Below, piece by piece: positions 40,052 through 52,398 of a stretch of 64,000 bases of DNA; within the stretch, counting starts at the first letter, position 1, and every line of letters begins with the position of its first letter. A program made the position numbers and the translations under genes. Under the pieces are notes generated by a model that was not told the origin of the DNA, did no database searches, and was given only the letters and a program-made list of their open reading frames with translations. Origin of the DNA: Lepidodermella squamata (lineage: Eukaryota; Animalia; Gastrotricha). The DNA is taken from contig JBLDXI010000025.1 of NCBI GenBank assembly GCA_047495785.1, positions 868,001 through 932,000 on the forward strand, given 5' to 3'.

Positions 40052-40690
40052 CCAGGGCCGGATTAACGCATATGCACAGAGGGCACGTGCCCAGGGGCCG
40101 CCAGAAAGTGGTGAAATGTTCGATTTTATTAAACATTCCCGGAAGATTTTGTGGCCTTTATTAGGTCGTTATGCTTTGCAGCTTTCCAAGCATCCGGATA
40201 AGCCTATTTTGTTGATTTGCGCAAAATTTGCTCGCTTCGCTCGCTAGTCCGTCAACTATTATACAGTCTATTCTATCATTTATACCCCTATTCAATTCAT
40301 GTTGAACAAATGTAAAATCATTTAGGCATTTCAATGAAAAAATGAATGAGAGTTGAATCCTCTTGCCTCAATGTTTTCCGAGTTTACTCTATCAGAATGA
40401 AATGGGAAACGCAAGCATTTTCCTGCATGAGAAAAACGAGTTTCAGGAATATTATTGGAAAGTTCCTCGGTTCGCTCGTGGTAAGGTGACAATATTCCAA
40501 AATCGCGATTATTTTGTTGGAAATGGGAAAGCACTTATTAACGCTTTATTAACGCTATGTAGGTGGCTGGTAGCAACAAAGTAACAAAGCAAAATTAAGT
40601 TATGAAAGGAATTTGTGCTTTAATGAATCTCTCTTCTATCAGGAAATTGAGAAAATTGACTTTGATCTTGATTCCAGGTATGAAAACCTA
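40052..40690 (+). mobile_element. Degenerate hAT-like transposon remnant
   Basis: Terminus CAGGGCCGGATTAA...GGGCACGTGCCCAGGGGCC resembles hAT ends. The segment is absent from the paralogous block. The right end is uncertain. Confidence 0.45.
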
Positions 40691-41856
40691 GTTTCAGCGG
40701 AAAAATAAGAATAATTTATTTTATTTTAAAAATTTATGTTTCTTCCGCTAGTCTTCCGTCAGTCTTAAACTGAAAAAGAGAATTTGTGTGTGAAATATTG
40801 AATTGCACACGAAAATATAGGTCAATTCGAAATTTAACGATGCAACGATGCAGAAATCGTTGATATCTGACCTCGCCCTATTCGATTCGGCGGTTGTACG
40901 CTAAAACGCCAGATAAGGAAGACAACAAATCTATACAGCAGTCTGTGCACTAACACTATAGTATAAAACCCATTGCCCGCTGTGTAAACCAAAGAATTCG
41001 CTGGAGATGACCAAGGAATATCATTGACTTAATTGTCTTTATTGAGGGGAACTTAGAGATTCGTGGCGGCAACGTGCCAGAAAATTCTCTATAAAATATT
41101 CTTCCTATTCAATATTGAGGTTCAATTCGAAACCTTCTTGGTTTGAAGATAGCCGGGTAGTCTTTCGTCTTTCTAATATCTGAAGCAACTTGTCTCCAAT
41201 CTCCGATCATTTAAAATCGCTTTTCTGTTGGTCTTCCAGACTTCGCAAAAGTGCATCTATATTATGCTGCAGGGTTCCACTTTCAAGCGGTTTGGTTTAG
41301 TCTCAGGTCTCAGCTCGACTAAAATCGAGGCCTTCCGCGATGCGGCCACGATTTTCCACACGAGTAGCTGGAGCTGATTCGTTTCAACAGTCGCAAGCTT
41401 GGAATTACATTTTCCATTTGCGAGTGGCCAGGCTCCAAGCAATTAGGATCGGTGATGTTGAGATTACGTTAACAGTAAGACAAAACCGCAAATAAAGCTA
41501 ATCTCAGTGTATACCAGCTAAGATCCAGCTCTGGACTACGGCCACACAATGAGCTGTCAGCAAAAATTCTGCATTGAATCCAGTGCATAGTTGCCTCCAT
41601 GATGAAAAATGTTTGAAAAACGGTCGAAAAACACCTGCAACACGTGACTACAAAATATTATTCAAATGCTTCGTATAATCTTCGTATAAGCTTCGTATAA
41701 TCGATCAACGAGGCGTATCTTTGTTCGCAAAATGCTGCGTCATCAAGCTGTTTTGTGCCGATGCACTGGTATGACTCCATAAGTACTACCGCTATTTCGC
41801 AGAATTTCATTATTAACATTTTCTTCTCAATAACTTGTTTCCTATCCACGATTAAA

Positions 41857-42228
41857 ATGGCTGGATCCTTGCTGCCTACTTTGGCGGTTTTCATGGTGAT
41901 CATTTCAGCTATCGCGGCGTTAAACACGGGTAAGCTTTACTACTGGCTGTTAATCTTCAATGCGAAATTGAATCAATTTGTTCTTTCAGGTATTGCTGGC
42001 TTCAGGAATGCTACAAAACGGTGCGATGCACCAAACAATGCTAACATGATTAGCATTTTTCCGAGCACGCTCGACGCTCAGACTTGCGCTAACAAGTGTA
42101 ACAAGGTTGCGGCCTGCCGCGCTTTCGTCTTTCTCCGCCAGAAACATTATGACTGTGGCTTTTTTTCGAGCTGCGCCAACATTACAAATTTTACCAAGGA
42201 GGATGATATGCAGTACATCAAGATCTAA
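41857..42228 (+). CDS. Secreted PAN/apple-like protein copy 3, 103 aa; exons 41857-41929 and 41990-42228
   Basis: Signal peptide MAGSLLPTLAVFMVIISAIAA, phase-1 intron, six conserved Cys. Confidence 0.75.
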   Translation: MAGSLLPTLAVFMVIISAIAALNTGKLYYWLLIFNAKLNQFVLSGIAGFRNATKRCDAPNNANMISIFPSTLDAQTCANKCNKVAACRAFVFLRQKHYDCGFFSSCANITNFTKEDDMQYIKI

Positions 42229-42422
42229 AGTGCTGCGGATCAGTATTTCTGCAGAGAAAATAAAATTCGGATGCCTAAGTAGCTTCGGAAGCCGAGTCAA
42301 AGTTGATCAATTATCTCATCGCTTGATTGTTCTTAACTGCTTTGGAGAGGGAAATAAAGGAAATAAAAACTTATAAGTAATAGCACTTCATTTCAGTTTA
42401 AACTTAGGAGTTTTGACACAGC

Positions 42423-42790
42423 TTTTTTTTGTTATTTAAGAAAGTTTTCGGGTGCGCACTGTTGGTTATAGCACAAGCCCTAGGGCATGTATCGAAGATT
42501 TAAAAAAATTGATGTCAATGACAGCAGGGAAGCATTCTTTCGGAATTGTATTCCATTTTCTGATGATACCGAGCATTCTTTCAAATGGCTCGATATTCTT
42601 TCTGTCGCCTTTCGGTTGCTTGTTGCTTTGCCAGGCTGATTTGATCGTGGTGTAGTTCGGATGATGATCGGAATCTGCTTCGCCTTTTGAAAATGTGACT
42701 GAACTTCGAGCAAATTTGGGCGGTACCCGGCCGGCTACAACAATCTTATATAAGTAAGTCATCACTCCTACCTATCGCCGATGTCCGAGC
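42423..42790 (-). mobile_element. 3' fragment of a CR1/L2-like LINE with short poly(A) tail
   Basis: 'IIRKWNTIPKECFPAVIDINFFKSSI' resembles the WNxLP...FK C-terminus of LINE ORF2. T-run at 42423-42430. Absent from the paralogous block. Confidence 0.6.
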
Positions 42791-42929
42791 AGTTGCAATT
42801 TCGTTTAATATGTTTAATATTATTTTAAAATTAGTTGGCGCAAATGAATGTGAAACATTTGATATATTAGAAAGTTATTCTTCTGCATCACCATTCATTA
42901 AGAAATTCAGACTTTTTGGAATTCCAAGA

Positions 42930-43399
42930 GGGAGCCGAGCCAAAACTGCTATATAATTGACACCTCCCGGGGTATTCGCGATTAGAATTGAGATCATTAA
43001 AATTAAAGTTAAATATCATTTACCTTTGAAAACTTTTCCTGGTCAGAAAATTGCGAATGAATCTCCAATATCCAATATAAACTTGCAACTTTGATCGAGC
43101 ATGACTTTGATCTTCTGCGAAAAATCATAAAGAGTTCCACATCAGCGAATTTTCCAGGTTCTTCAACGCGGATAGGTTTGCCGCCTGAAAACAGAATTTA
43201 TTAAGCCGAGTAACATGTAAAGGGAGAAACAACTTTTTCCGTCAGGTCCGACCAAGTTTTGTGGGTTCGAATGAACAGATGCGATAGATTTTCCGAAAGG
43301 GGTCTTTTCATCGTCTCGAAATCAATGGCCGGATTAATGGAGCTTAATGGAACTTACTGCAACAATGTCGCAGTCGTCATTTTTAGAAACTGTTGTCAT
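42930..43399 (-). pseudogene. Deleted subtype-B remnant
   Basis: Exon 1 'MTTVSKNDDCDIVA' joined to fragments of exons 4 and 5. Confidence 0.6.
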
Positions 43400-43622
43400 T
43401 CGAACAAAAACAAGAATAACTAAAATATCAAAATATATCAAGTAAGGCATTATGATCACAGTTTTATAGTTAATGTTTTCAACTTCGGAAATTTCTAGAT
43501 TCGACCAAATTAAAAATGAAAGAATTAATGGTGCATGAAAAAACTGAGAGAATTTAAAAACAATATTCGCATCAGCCAAATAAAACGACGTGAGGTCACT
43601 ACTAATATTTCGATTCGATAAG

Positions 43623-46600
43623 TTAACAGCTTGTGAGTAAACGCAATCGACTATGCACTTCTTCAGGATAATTTTCATCAACCAAGTCAATTGGCTTCTC
43701 GCCTTTGAAATTTTTCGCCCGCAGCAGTTTTCCAGCTTCAGGTCGCTCGAGTATTTGCTCAAGAACATGCGAAAATGCAACAACGTGCAAAGCATAATGA
43801 AGAACGTTGTTACCCTCAAGATTTTTAGCTCCGATATCAGACCCACGATCAAGCAACAACGCAGCTGTTTCCATGGCATTGTTAGAGACCGCGATAAGCA
43901 ACGGCGTGCATTTTTCATACGTGAGAAGCTCTAAAGAAAAATCGTAGTTATCCAACAAATATTCAACGCATTTAGCTCCGGAGGTTTCTTGACACGCGGC
44001 GTACTCATCGTGTACTCATCAGAATCAACATCATAGACTGAGTCAGGAAGCTTCGAAATCGCAAATTTCAACATTTCAAGAGATGCAGATCCAGCTGCAC
44101 AAATGACGAAATTTTCGTCACAAGCTGTCAGCTCGCTGAGATCCATGTTACATTGATTGATCAGAAATTTCGCGGCCTCTAGTTGGCCATGCTTCGCGGC
44201 TGTCATCAATGCGTTGTCGCCGCTATCATTATCATCCAGCACCTTGTTGCCAGATACTCAAAGTAGGAGCTTCATCATCTCAATTTGCCCATTAGCAGAA
44301 GCCACTAGAAAAGGCGTCATATCGTCATTACTTTCGTTGCTAGCGATCTCTTCCGGATTTTGAGCTAGAATGTATTCAGCAACTCCCAAACGTCCATTGG
44401 CAGCAGCTTCGTGGATCGGCGCATATCCTTTTTTATTCTTCAAAGTCAGGTCTGAGCCTTTAGATAACAAGTACTTTGCAACTTTCAGATGTCCTTTACG
44501 GCAGGCTAGAAGAAAAGCTGTATCGCCTTCAGCGCTCGAAGCACAGATATCGGCGCTGAAATCCTCTACTAGCATCTTGACGCATTTCAAGGATCCGGTT
44601 TCGGAAGATTGCAGCAGCATAGTCTTCCCAGCGTCATTTGAATCTTTGTGTTCGACTATTAAGGGTAAGCAGATTTCGGGGAGCTTCTTCATAACCATAG
44701 ACAACTTCGAAACATCGCCGCTTTTAGCAGCAGCATGAAACTGATCAAACTTGTGATACTAAAGACAGTATTTTCAACTAAAGATTATCAGTTCGGAAAG
44801 AATACCTCAGCACTGGCATCATCAAGTTCCGGAGATTTGGTTGAAGTCAATCGCAAGGCATTGGATAATTGATCTGCTATGGTTTTCTTAACTTCGAGAT
44901 TGCAAGAGAAGTCAATTCTAGGAACGTCCAACTTGCTCGCATGTACCAGTTTCGCAATCTAAATTTCAAACGTGAACTCAGAATCACCACGGCGTCTATT
45001 TGGAAAATGATAAACGATTTGAACCAGACATATCTATGGACAAACAATTTTATTCCCAATTAAAATAGCTATACCTTCTTCTCCTCTTTGGAGACCTTAT
45101 CATGGACTTTCACGAAGAAATCTCCACTTTCGCCAAGAACGGATTTGGAGTTCGCTTTTGCTACGAGGCCATAGATTTCGGTTTTAGCCTTAGCCAAGGC
45201 CTCAGTATCGATTAGTGATGCGCTTCGATTTTTTGATAATCATGATTAATCGTGATTAAATCGAATCGAATATTAATCGAATTGCCTTGGGGAGAATCGC
45301 GATTATAATCGAATCGAGTCGGACTCGATTAATCGAGAATTTTGTTTCGATTATTTGCCTTTTTCTATCGATTTTACACGTTCCATGGCGATACTTAACT
45401 GGTTTTGGGAGTCTAAGATGCATTTTTTCCACATTATTCCTACTCTTCTTATTTTCCTATTCAGTTTGATTGCTGAACACTTGGAATCCCCTGAAAACTG
45501 TAGTTCATTATTAAAAAAATAAAAAAAATAATAATAGAAATCAATCGATAATTTAAAACCATTATCCATAATCGATGATTAATGAAAATATTTGCGATGA
45601 AACGAATGTTACCATTGTGATCAGCGTAAAATTTCACCCCAGTCCATCAATTTTCTCATGGATATTCGTTATAATAAGAAAGCTATCTCAAGATCAACTT
45701 TTACTTCCTGTTAAATTAATCGGTCCATCTTAATTTCAAAATTTTAAATTGTTGATTCAAATCAAGAAAACCGTTACCTTTGGTGACAAAATCCCCCTTA
45801 GAAACCCCGGAGGGGTAAAGTTAGCACGGGGAATCCGATAGCAATAGCAGAATTTTCGCAGCTATCGCACTTCCGGAGATAATTAGCATTTTTTTATTAT
45901 TTTATGACTTTATTGCTTCATATTTATCTCTCCCAAAATTGAATTTCTTAGCGATGTGTAATATATCAAATTACTCAGCTTTTCACGTAGATTCACGTGG
46001 TGCAATCCAAACTGTCATTGGAGTTACCAATATGCTTTTATAGTATTTTTAATTATATCAATTTTTAGAGAATTTTAACATTTTTAGATTGATCATGACG
46101 ATTAATCATGACGATTAATCGAATCGAATGGGATCCAAATAATCGCGATTATTTCGATTCGATTACGATTAAGTTATTCGATTAATCATTTCCCGAAAAA
46201 ATAATCGTAGCGCATCACTAGTATCGATTGAAGGCCTTGAAATCTCCAGGTATTCCTTCCTCATAGCTTCAAGCTTTTTATGTAAAGTTTCGCGACGCAG
46301 TTCAACCGCAGCTTTGAATGATTCAACTAGATCCGAGCAACAGTTGTCAATTTGGCCTTTAACGTAAGACATAGTTCTATCAATTTTGTCTTCAGCAGTT
46401 TCGGAGTTTTTGGACGCGGGGGAAACAGCTTGCTCAAAGCAGTCTTCAAACTAGAATTAAACAGAAACATCGGTCAAATTTCAGATACTACAGAGCAGGA
46501 TTGCTTACAAAGAAATAGCCCAAGTTGAACTATTGGCGGATTTGTTCCATATGAGCGACAAAGCAGATCGAGCAGAAGCTCTCTTCACAATGTTTGCAAA

Positions 46601-47046
46601 GTTTCAGATTTTTCTCCGGCAGGCGCTGAACGTGAGGACACTTTTCTCCAATTTTCGCTTCCTCGGCTAAATTCCTCTCGCTTTCAATCGCACAAACCGC
46701 TCCTTTGACAACATAGTTATCAGGCAAACCTTTGGCGAGAAAATGTAGTTATCTTTAAGTTTCACTGTTATGATTGATTAAACCTGTAATACCAGAGGGC
46801 GGTATGGTCTGTCTCGTTCGACATTCTGGGCACTTGAAATGAGACTCGTTATTCTTATAAACTTGCTCCAAGCATTCCCGGCAGAAGGTGTGCCCACACT
46901 GAGGCAACATCGTGGGATTTTCTGCCAAATCCAAGCAAATAGAGCAGCTGAGAGCCTGCAAAGAAAGCACCACAGCTATACACCCTTCATAGAATCTTTC
47001 AAAAACTCACCTAAACGATCGATGGCATGTCTGCTGATGATGACAT
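43623..47046 (-). pseudogene. RING-Bbox-CC-ankyrin gene, subtype A, inactivated (stops, frameshifts, hAT insertion)
   Basis: TAG at the end of exon 1 and at 46530; ankyrin ORF split into three; insertion at 45213-46220 in the coiled-coil exon. Confidence 0.85.
45213..46220. mobile_element. Non-autonomous hAT-type element (1008 bp)
   Basis: TIR TAGTGATGCGCT(T/A)CGATT, exact 8-bp TSD GTATCGAT, ATTAATCGA-type subterminal repeats. Empty site in the paralog at ~24212. Confidence 0.92.
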
Positions 47047-47163
47047 TAAACATTAAAATCAAGTACTAAGTAACTAGGAGCAATGAAAGCGGATACTGTA
47101 ATGTTAATGTATTTTAAGCACTGTTCCGCGAGTTTGATTTCATAACATGACAATGGTTTGTAA

Positions 47164-49768
47164 TCAGTTTCGGCCAACTAATAATAACTGACGTTTCAAA
47201 TCATCCGGCAAACTTTGGTCCATAACTTCGATTGGTGTATTTTCACTCAAGTTTTTGGTTTGTAACAAGGCCTTCACGCCGGGATGTCTGAGCAAAACTT
47301 GAATAGTTTCAACTCTGTTACCTCTTTTCAGAGCGAAATGCATCACGTTGTTACGGCCTCTAGTAGTCACAATATTAATGCTAGCGCCTTTTTTCAACAA
47401 CAGTTCAACTGTTGCCAGAGCGTTAGCATGGACCGCTAGATGTAGAGGCATTAAGCCGGATCCGCACCTTGTGACGTCACTAACTGAAAAATGGTGATAT
47501 TCAATCAAATATTCCACGCTCTTGCTGCCCTCCCGATGCATGCAAGCGTTGTGTATAGGCAAATAACCAAGTTCGTCCTCTTCCATCAGCATATTAGGGC
47601 AGCGTTCTATCGCAAATTTCAGCATGGCCAAATTTCCAGAATATGCGGCGCAATGTATCAAATTTTCTTCATTTTCAGACTTGGATTCGGCAACAGCGCC
47701 ACATTCATCGAGCAAAAATTTAACAGCTTCAACCTGACCCGTGTAAGCGGCGTGGTGCAGCGCGCAGCGTCCCTCAGCTTCTTTATCGTTCAAAACTCCC
47801 TTCGAGAACTCAAACATGGCCCTTGCAGCTTCGATTTGGCCATTCTCGACGGCAACAAGAAAAGGCGTCATGGCTTTTTTATTCTCAGATTTAATTTCGT
47901 CCGGCGCTTTTTCTAGAATGAACTTGACAATATCGGCTTGCCCATTCTTCGCGGCGTCATGTATGGCGAATGGACGATTTTTGATCACCTCGTTTGATAT
48001 GGCGTACAGCAGCTTCGCGATACCGAGATGGCCCTTTTTGCAGGCGATTGAGAATGCCGTATCATCGATGTCGGTGAACTTCCCTAAGTCAGCCAGATTC
48101 TTCTCAATCAAGAGCTTAACGGAATCGTAAGCCCCTTCCTCTGAAGCTCGGCAGAGCAAATTCCGGCCACCATTTGATTCAATCTTTGCAAGTTCGGGCT
48201 CAATGTCGAGCAAATAAGCAATAATATCCGGGCATGAGATTGCAAGATGACAGGCCGTCTCTTTGGTTGAATCTGTCTGAGCAAGCAAATTTGCTTTCAG
48301 TTTTTTGGCGATGATGCGGACGCATTCCAGGGATCTGGCCTTAGCGGCCTGGAGAATGAGCGTTTTTTCATCGTCGGAACAGTCAGGATGATCGGCGACC
48401 AGGTTGCGGCATTGAGGCGGAAGTTGAGAAATCAAGTGTGACAGTCTATCGAAGTCGCCAAGTTTCGCTGCTACATGGAATTCTTGATACGGAAAATCCT
48501 GAGTTAATTAAGAAGAAAGAACATATTTGTGACGCTTTCCTTTCAACCTCAAATTACAATAAGAGTGTAAATTATTTCGCAAGGTACCTTCATGCTTGTG
48601 TCATTATCCAAAATTTGTGGAGGAACCTCCAATGCAAGTTTACAGCTTTCGTCCAGCGAGTCTTTGATTTTCAGCGCAACAGCAGGATCCCACAGCAATG
48701 AAATATTGGGATCCTTCAACTTCGTTTCACAGCACACTCTGGCCACCTGAAATGAAAAAAATTAAGCTTGATACTGTTGAAAAAATTGTTTCATAACTCA
48801 CGTTTTTCGACTGTTTTGAGATTGTTTCATGGGTTCGAATGAAAAGGTCAGCTGAATTTTCGAACACCGATCTTTTATTTGCTTTGTCAAGCATAGCCAA
48901 GCTTTCTGTTACAGAATTCCGCATAGCCTCAAAATCTGTTGATGAATACGAGTCCAATGCTTGCAGTCGCATTTGCTTCAGATTTTCGCGAAGAGCTTCG
49001 CAATGCTCGACAACAACGGCTTGAATTGCTTCTATCAACGCGGTACTCGATGCTCGAATTTGCTGATCCAACTGTTTAACCTTTTCATCCATCGCTTTGG
49101 ATCGGAGTTGGGATCGATTCGATAACTCTTCAACAGCCGATTCAAAACGCTCTTTCAGCTGTTGGACCAAACTTTCAGCAGGTAATTATTTAGACCAAAG
49201 TCATACCCTGAAACCCATCATATTGGATTCTTGCCGAAGTTTTTCCATGTGAAGGGTGAAGCAGGCTGGGCAAAATGTTTGCTTGCAGTGGCCACATTGT
49301 TTCAAATGTTCTAGGGCAGTCAATGAAGCATGGGCACAACTTTCACCAATTTTTGCTCTGTTCGAATCGCTCCCCTCGCCTTTGATGACCTCTACTGCAC
49401 GCTTAATAGCAAAATTATCGCTCAATGCTTGGAAAAATTAGAAGAAAAATAATTCGCCAAAGACACGGGAAACAAATTTACATGTCAATCCACTTGAGCC
49501 AGATGCAGATAACTTCTGCTCCTTGCGGCATTCCGGACAAGCAAATGCACCACCTTTAGCTACTTTATTATAGACCTCCTGCAGACAATCCCGGCAAAAC
49601 GTGTGACCACAGTACGGTAACGTTTTCGGGTTCGTGAGCAGATCGAGGCAAACAGCACAGCTAAGAGCCTTAAATTAATGCAAAATTTCAGAAATTGAAA
49701 ATTCAATGATCGGGAGTAACACCCACCGAAACAATGCTTCGGTTATCGTTTTCAGCAACGGATGACAT
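47164..49768 (-). CDS. RING-Bbox-like-coiled coil-ankyrin repeat protein, subtype B, apparently intact (6 exons)
   Basis: MSSVAENDNRSIVS | ALSCAVC...CGHTFCRDC...CPEC | ...CAH...CGHC..FCPAC...H | coiled coil | linker | ~10-11 ankyrins. No stops seen after splicing. Confidence 0.8.
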
Positions 49769-49950
49769 TTTTCCAATTTGAAAAAAGTCTAAAATAAATG
49801 GAAGTCGATTCTCGATTCAGATTGTTTCTTTCTCCTTTCATGGCACTGCACATTCAACGGCGGTAAAACCGGAAATTGGGCGATTATTGGGAAAGGTTTA
49901 ATAATAGAAAAACGGAAGCAAACAATGTTAAACGAACAAAGAAAACAAAT

Positions 49951-52308
49951 TCAAAACGAAAAAGTTATTCTGTCGAAAGCGAACGGATTCGAAAGCGAAC
50001 GGAAAGGCGTTTCTCCTTTTTCATTCTTCGCCCGCAGAAGTTTCCGGACCTCAGGCCGCTCGAGTAGGAACTTCAAAGTTTGCAGTCTATCAGCGGCATG
50101 CAATGCAAAGTGAAGCACATTGTCCCCTGAAGAGTCTTTTGCTATTATATCAGCGCCTCGGTCGACCAACAACGCTGCAGTCTCCGCGGAATCTTTGCAA
50201 ACAGCGACAAGCAACGGCGTTTTGTTATCCAGCATCCGAATATTTATGGAGAAATCAAAGTTGTCCAATAAGTGTTCAACACACTTGGTTCCACGTGGGT
50301 ACAAGCAAGCAGCATGTAGAGGAGAGTAACCATCAACATCGGCATCCATGACAGTGTTAGGGCACTTCGAAATCGCAAATTTTAACATATCTAAATATCC
50401 AGATTCGGCGGCACAATTGACTAAATTTTCGTTGTCGTTAGTCACCTCACTAGGATCCATGCCGCATTGATCGGTCAAGAATTTCGCCGCTTCGAGATGG
50501 CCATACCTTGCAGCTGTTAAAAGTGCAGTTTCACCGGCTGCCTTGTCACTTAGCACTTAGTCCCCGGATAATCGAAGCAGAAGCTTCATCATTTCGATTT
50601 GCCCGTGAGATGTAGCCAGAAGAAAAGGCGTCATAGCATCGGCATCGGTATTGGCAATTTCTTCTGATTTTTCAGCAAGAATAAATTCAGCAACTGCCAA
50701 ATGTCCATTGGCAGCGGACTCATGGGTCGGCGCGTTTCCTTTTTTGTTCTTCAGTGTCAGGTCTGAACCTTTCGATAACAAGTATTTTGCCGGTTCCAAG
50801 TGACCTTTCCGGCACGTCAACAGAAAGGCAGAATCGCCATTAACATTTGTAGAGAGGACGTTGGAGTTGTATTCTTCAATCAGCAGTCTGACGCTTGATT
50901 GATCCAGCTTCAGATACTTGATGTAGCATCGTATTTCCAGAATCACTTGAATCTCTATGATCAACAACCAATGGTGCGCAAATTTCCGGTAGCTTCTACA
51001 TAAGCGAGGACAACTTTGCCAAACTGCCTTCTTTCGCAGCTTCGTGGAACTTTTCGAATTGAAATTTCTAGACAGAGATTTCGCAACAGATTCGCCTCAT
51101 CTGGGGTAAAAATTTACCTCGACACTAGCTTCACTGAGCTCCGGAGGTTTGATAGAAGTCAGTTGCAAGGCATCACTTAATTGATTCGCGGATGTTGTCT
51201 TGACCTCGTCATCGCAAGAAAATTCAATTTTAGGATCAATCTGTTTGCTAACTAGAACCAGCTTCGCAATCTGTATTCAATTATTAAACAGGAATCGCAT
51301 GAGTATGAGAAGAAGAAAACCTGATTTGCCTGCTTCGAAACCTTATCATGAACCTTTGCAAACAAATCTCCAGTTTGGCCAAGAACAGATTTGGAATTCG
51401 CCTTTGCTACAAGACCTTCGATTTCGGTTTTTGCCTCAAAATCCATCGAAGGCCTCGAAATGTCCAGGTACTCATCCCTCATTGTTTCAAGTTTCTGATA
51501 CAAAATTTCTCGATGCAGCTCTACCGCAGCTTTGTAAGATTCGACTAGATCCGAGCAACAGCTGTCAATCTGGCCTTTCACGGCAGAAATGACTTGATCG
51601 ATATTCTCTTCAGCAGCTGCGAAGCTCTTGGTCGCGGAAGATATCATTTCTTCGAATCCATCTTTCAGCTGAAAGTTTCGATTTTAAATGAAAAAAGCAG
51701 CGATTAACAGAAGTGAACTTACGAAAAAGTAGCTAAAATTGAACTCTTGGCGGATGCGTTCCAAATGAGCGACAAAACAAAGCGAACAAAAGTTCTCTTG
51801 ACAGTGGTTGCATAGCTTGAGCGGATGCGTTCCAAATGAGCGACAAAACAAAGCGAACAAAAGTTCTCTTGACAGTGGTTGCATAGATGATGTGAGGACA
51901 ACTTTCTCCAATTTTCGCCTCTTTCGCTAGTTTTCTCTCGCTTCTGATTACATCGACAGCCCCTTTCACGCAATAGTTGTCTTTCAAACCTAGGTAAAAT
52001 CAAATAATAGAATGCCTTCCAAAATTATTACTTGAAACTAACCTGTCACACCTGTAGCCGGCAACGCCTGATTTGTTCGGCATTCTGGGCACTGAAACGA
52101 AGTTCCCTGTGGCAGCTTTTCATACACTAGCTTCAAGCATCCTAGGCAATAGGTATGCCCGCATTGAGGCAGAATCTTGGGGTTTTCTGTTAGATCCAAA
52201 CAAATAGAGCAGGTCAGAGCCTGTAAAAAATCCAAATTCAGAAAGAATTCAAATTTTTCATAAACAGCTCACCGCTACGATTGGAGGCAAATCGGCTGAT
52301 GATGACAT
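49951..52308 (-). pseudogene. RING-Bbox-CC-ankyrin gene, subtype A, pseudogene
   Basis: A ~70-bp tandem duplication in the B-box exon (~51750-51890), frameshifts, and an in-frame stop at 50557. Confidence 0.8.
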
Positions 52309-52398
52309 AAACTTCAAGTAAAACCTGAAGCGAGAAATGGCTGATACAGCAAATGTTAAGATTTTATTGTTATAAAACATGACAAAAAGCTGTTTTAT

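Noticed and set aside
41755-41856. Upstream extension of the PAN ORF (157 aa in the ORF track)
   Set aside because: The ATG at 41857 begins the signal peptide and is conserved in all three copies; the 60-bp intron merely happens to be in frame.
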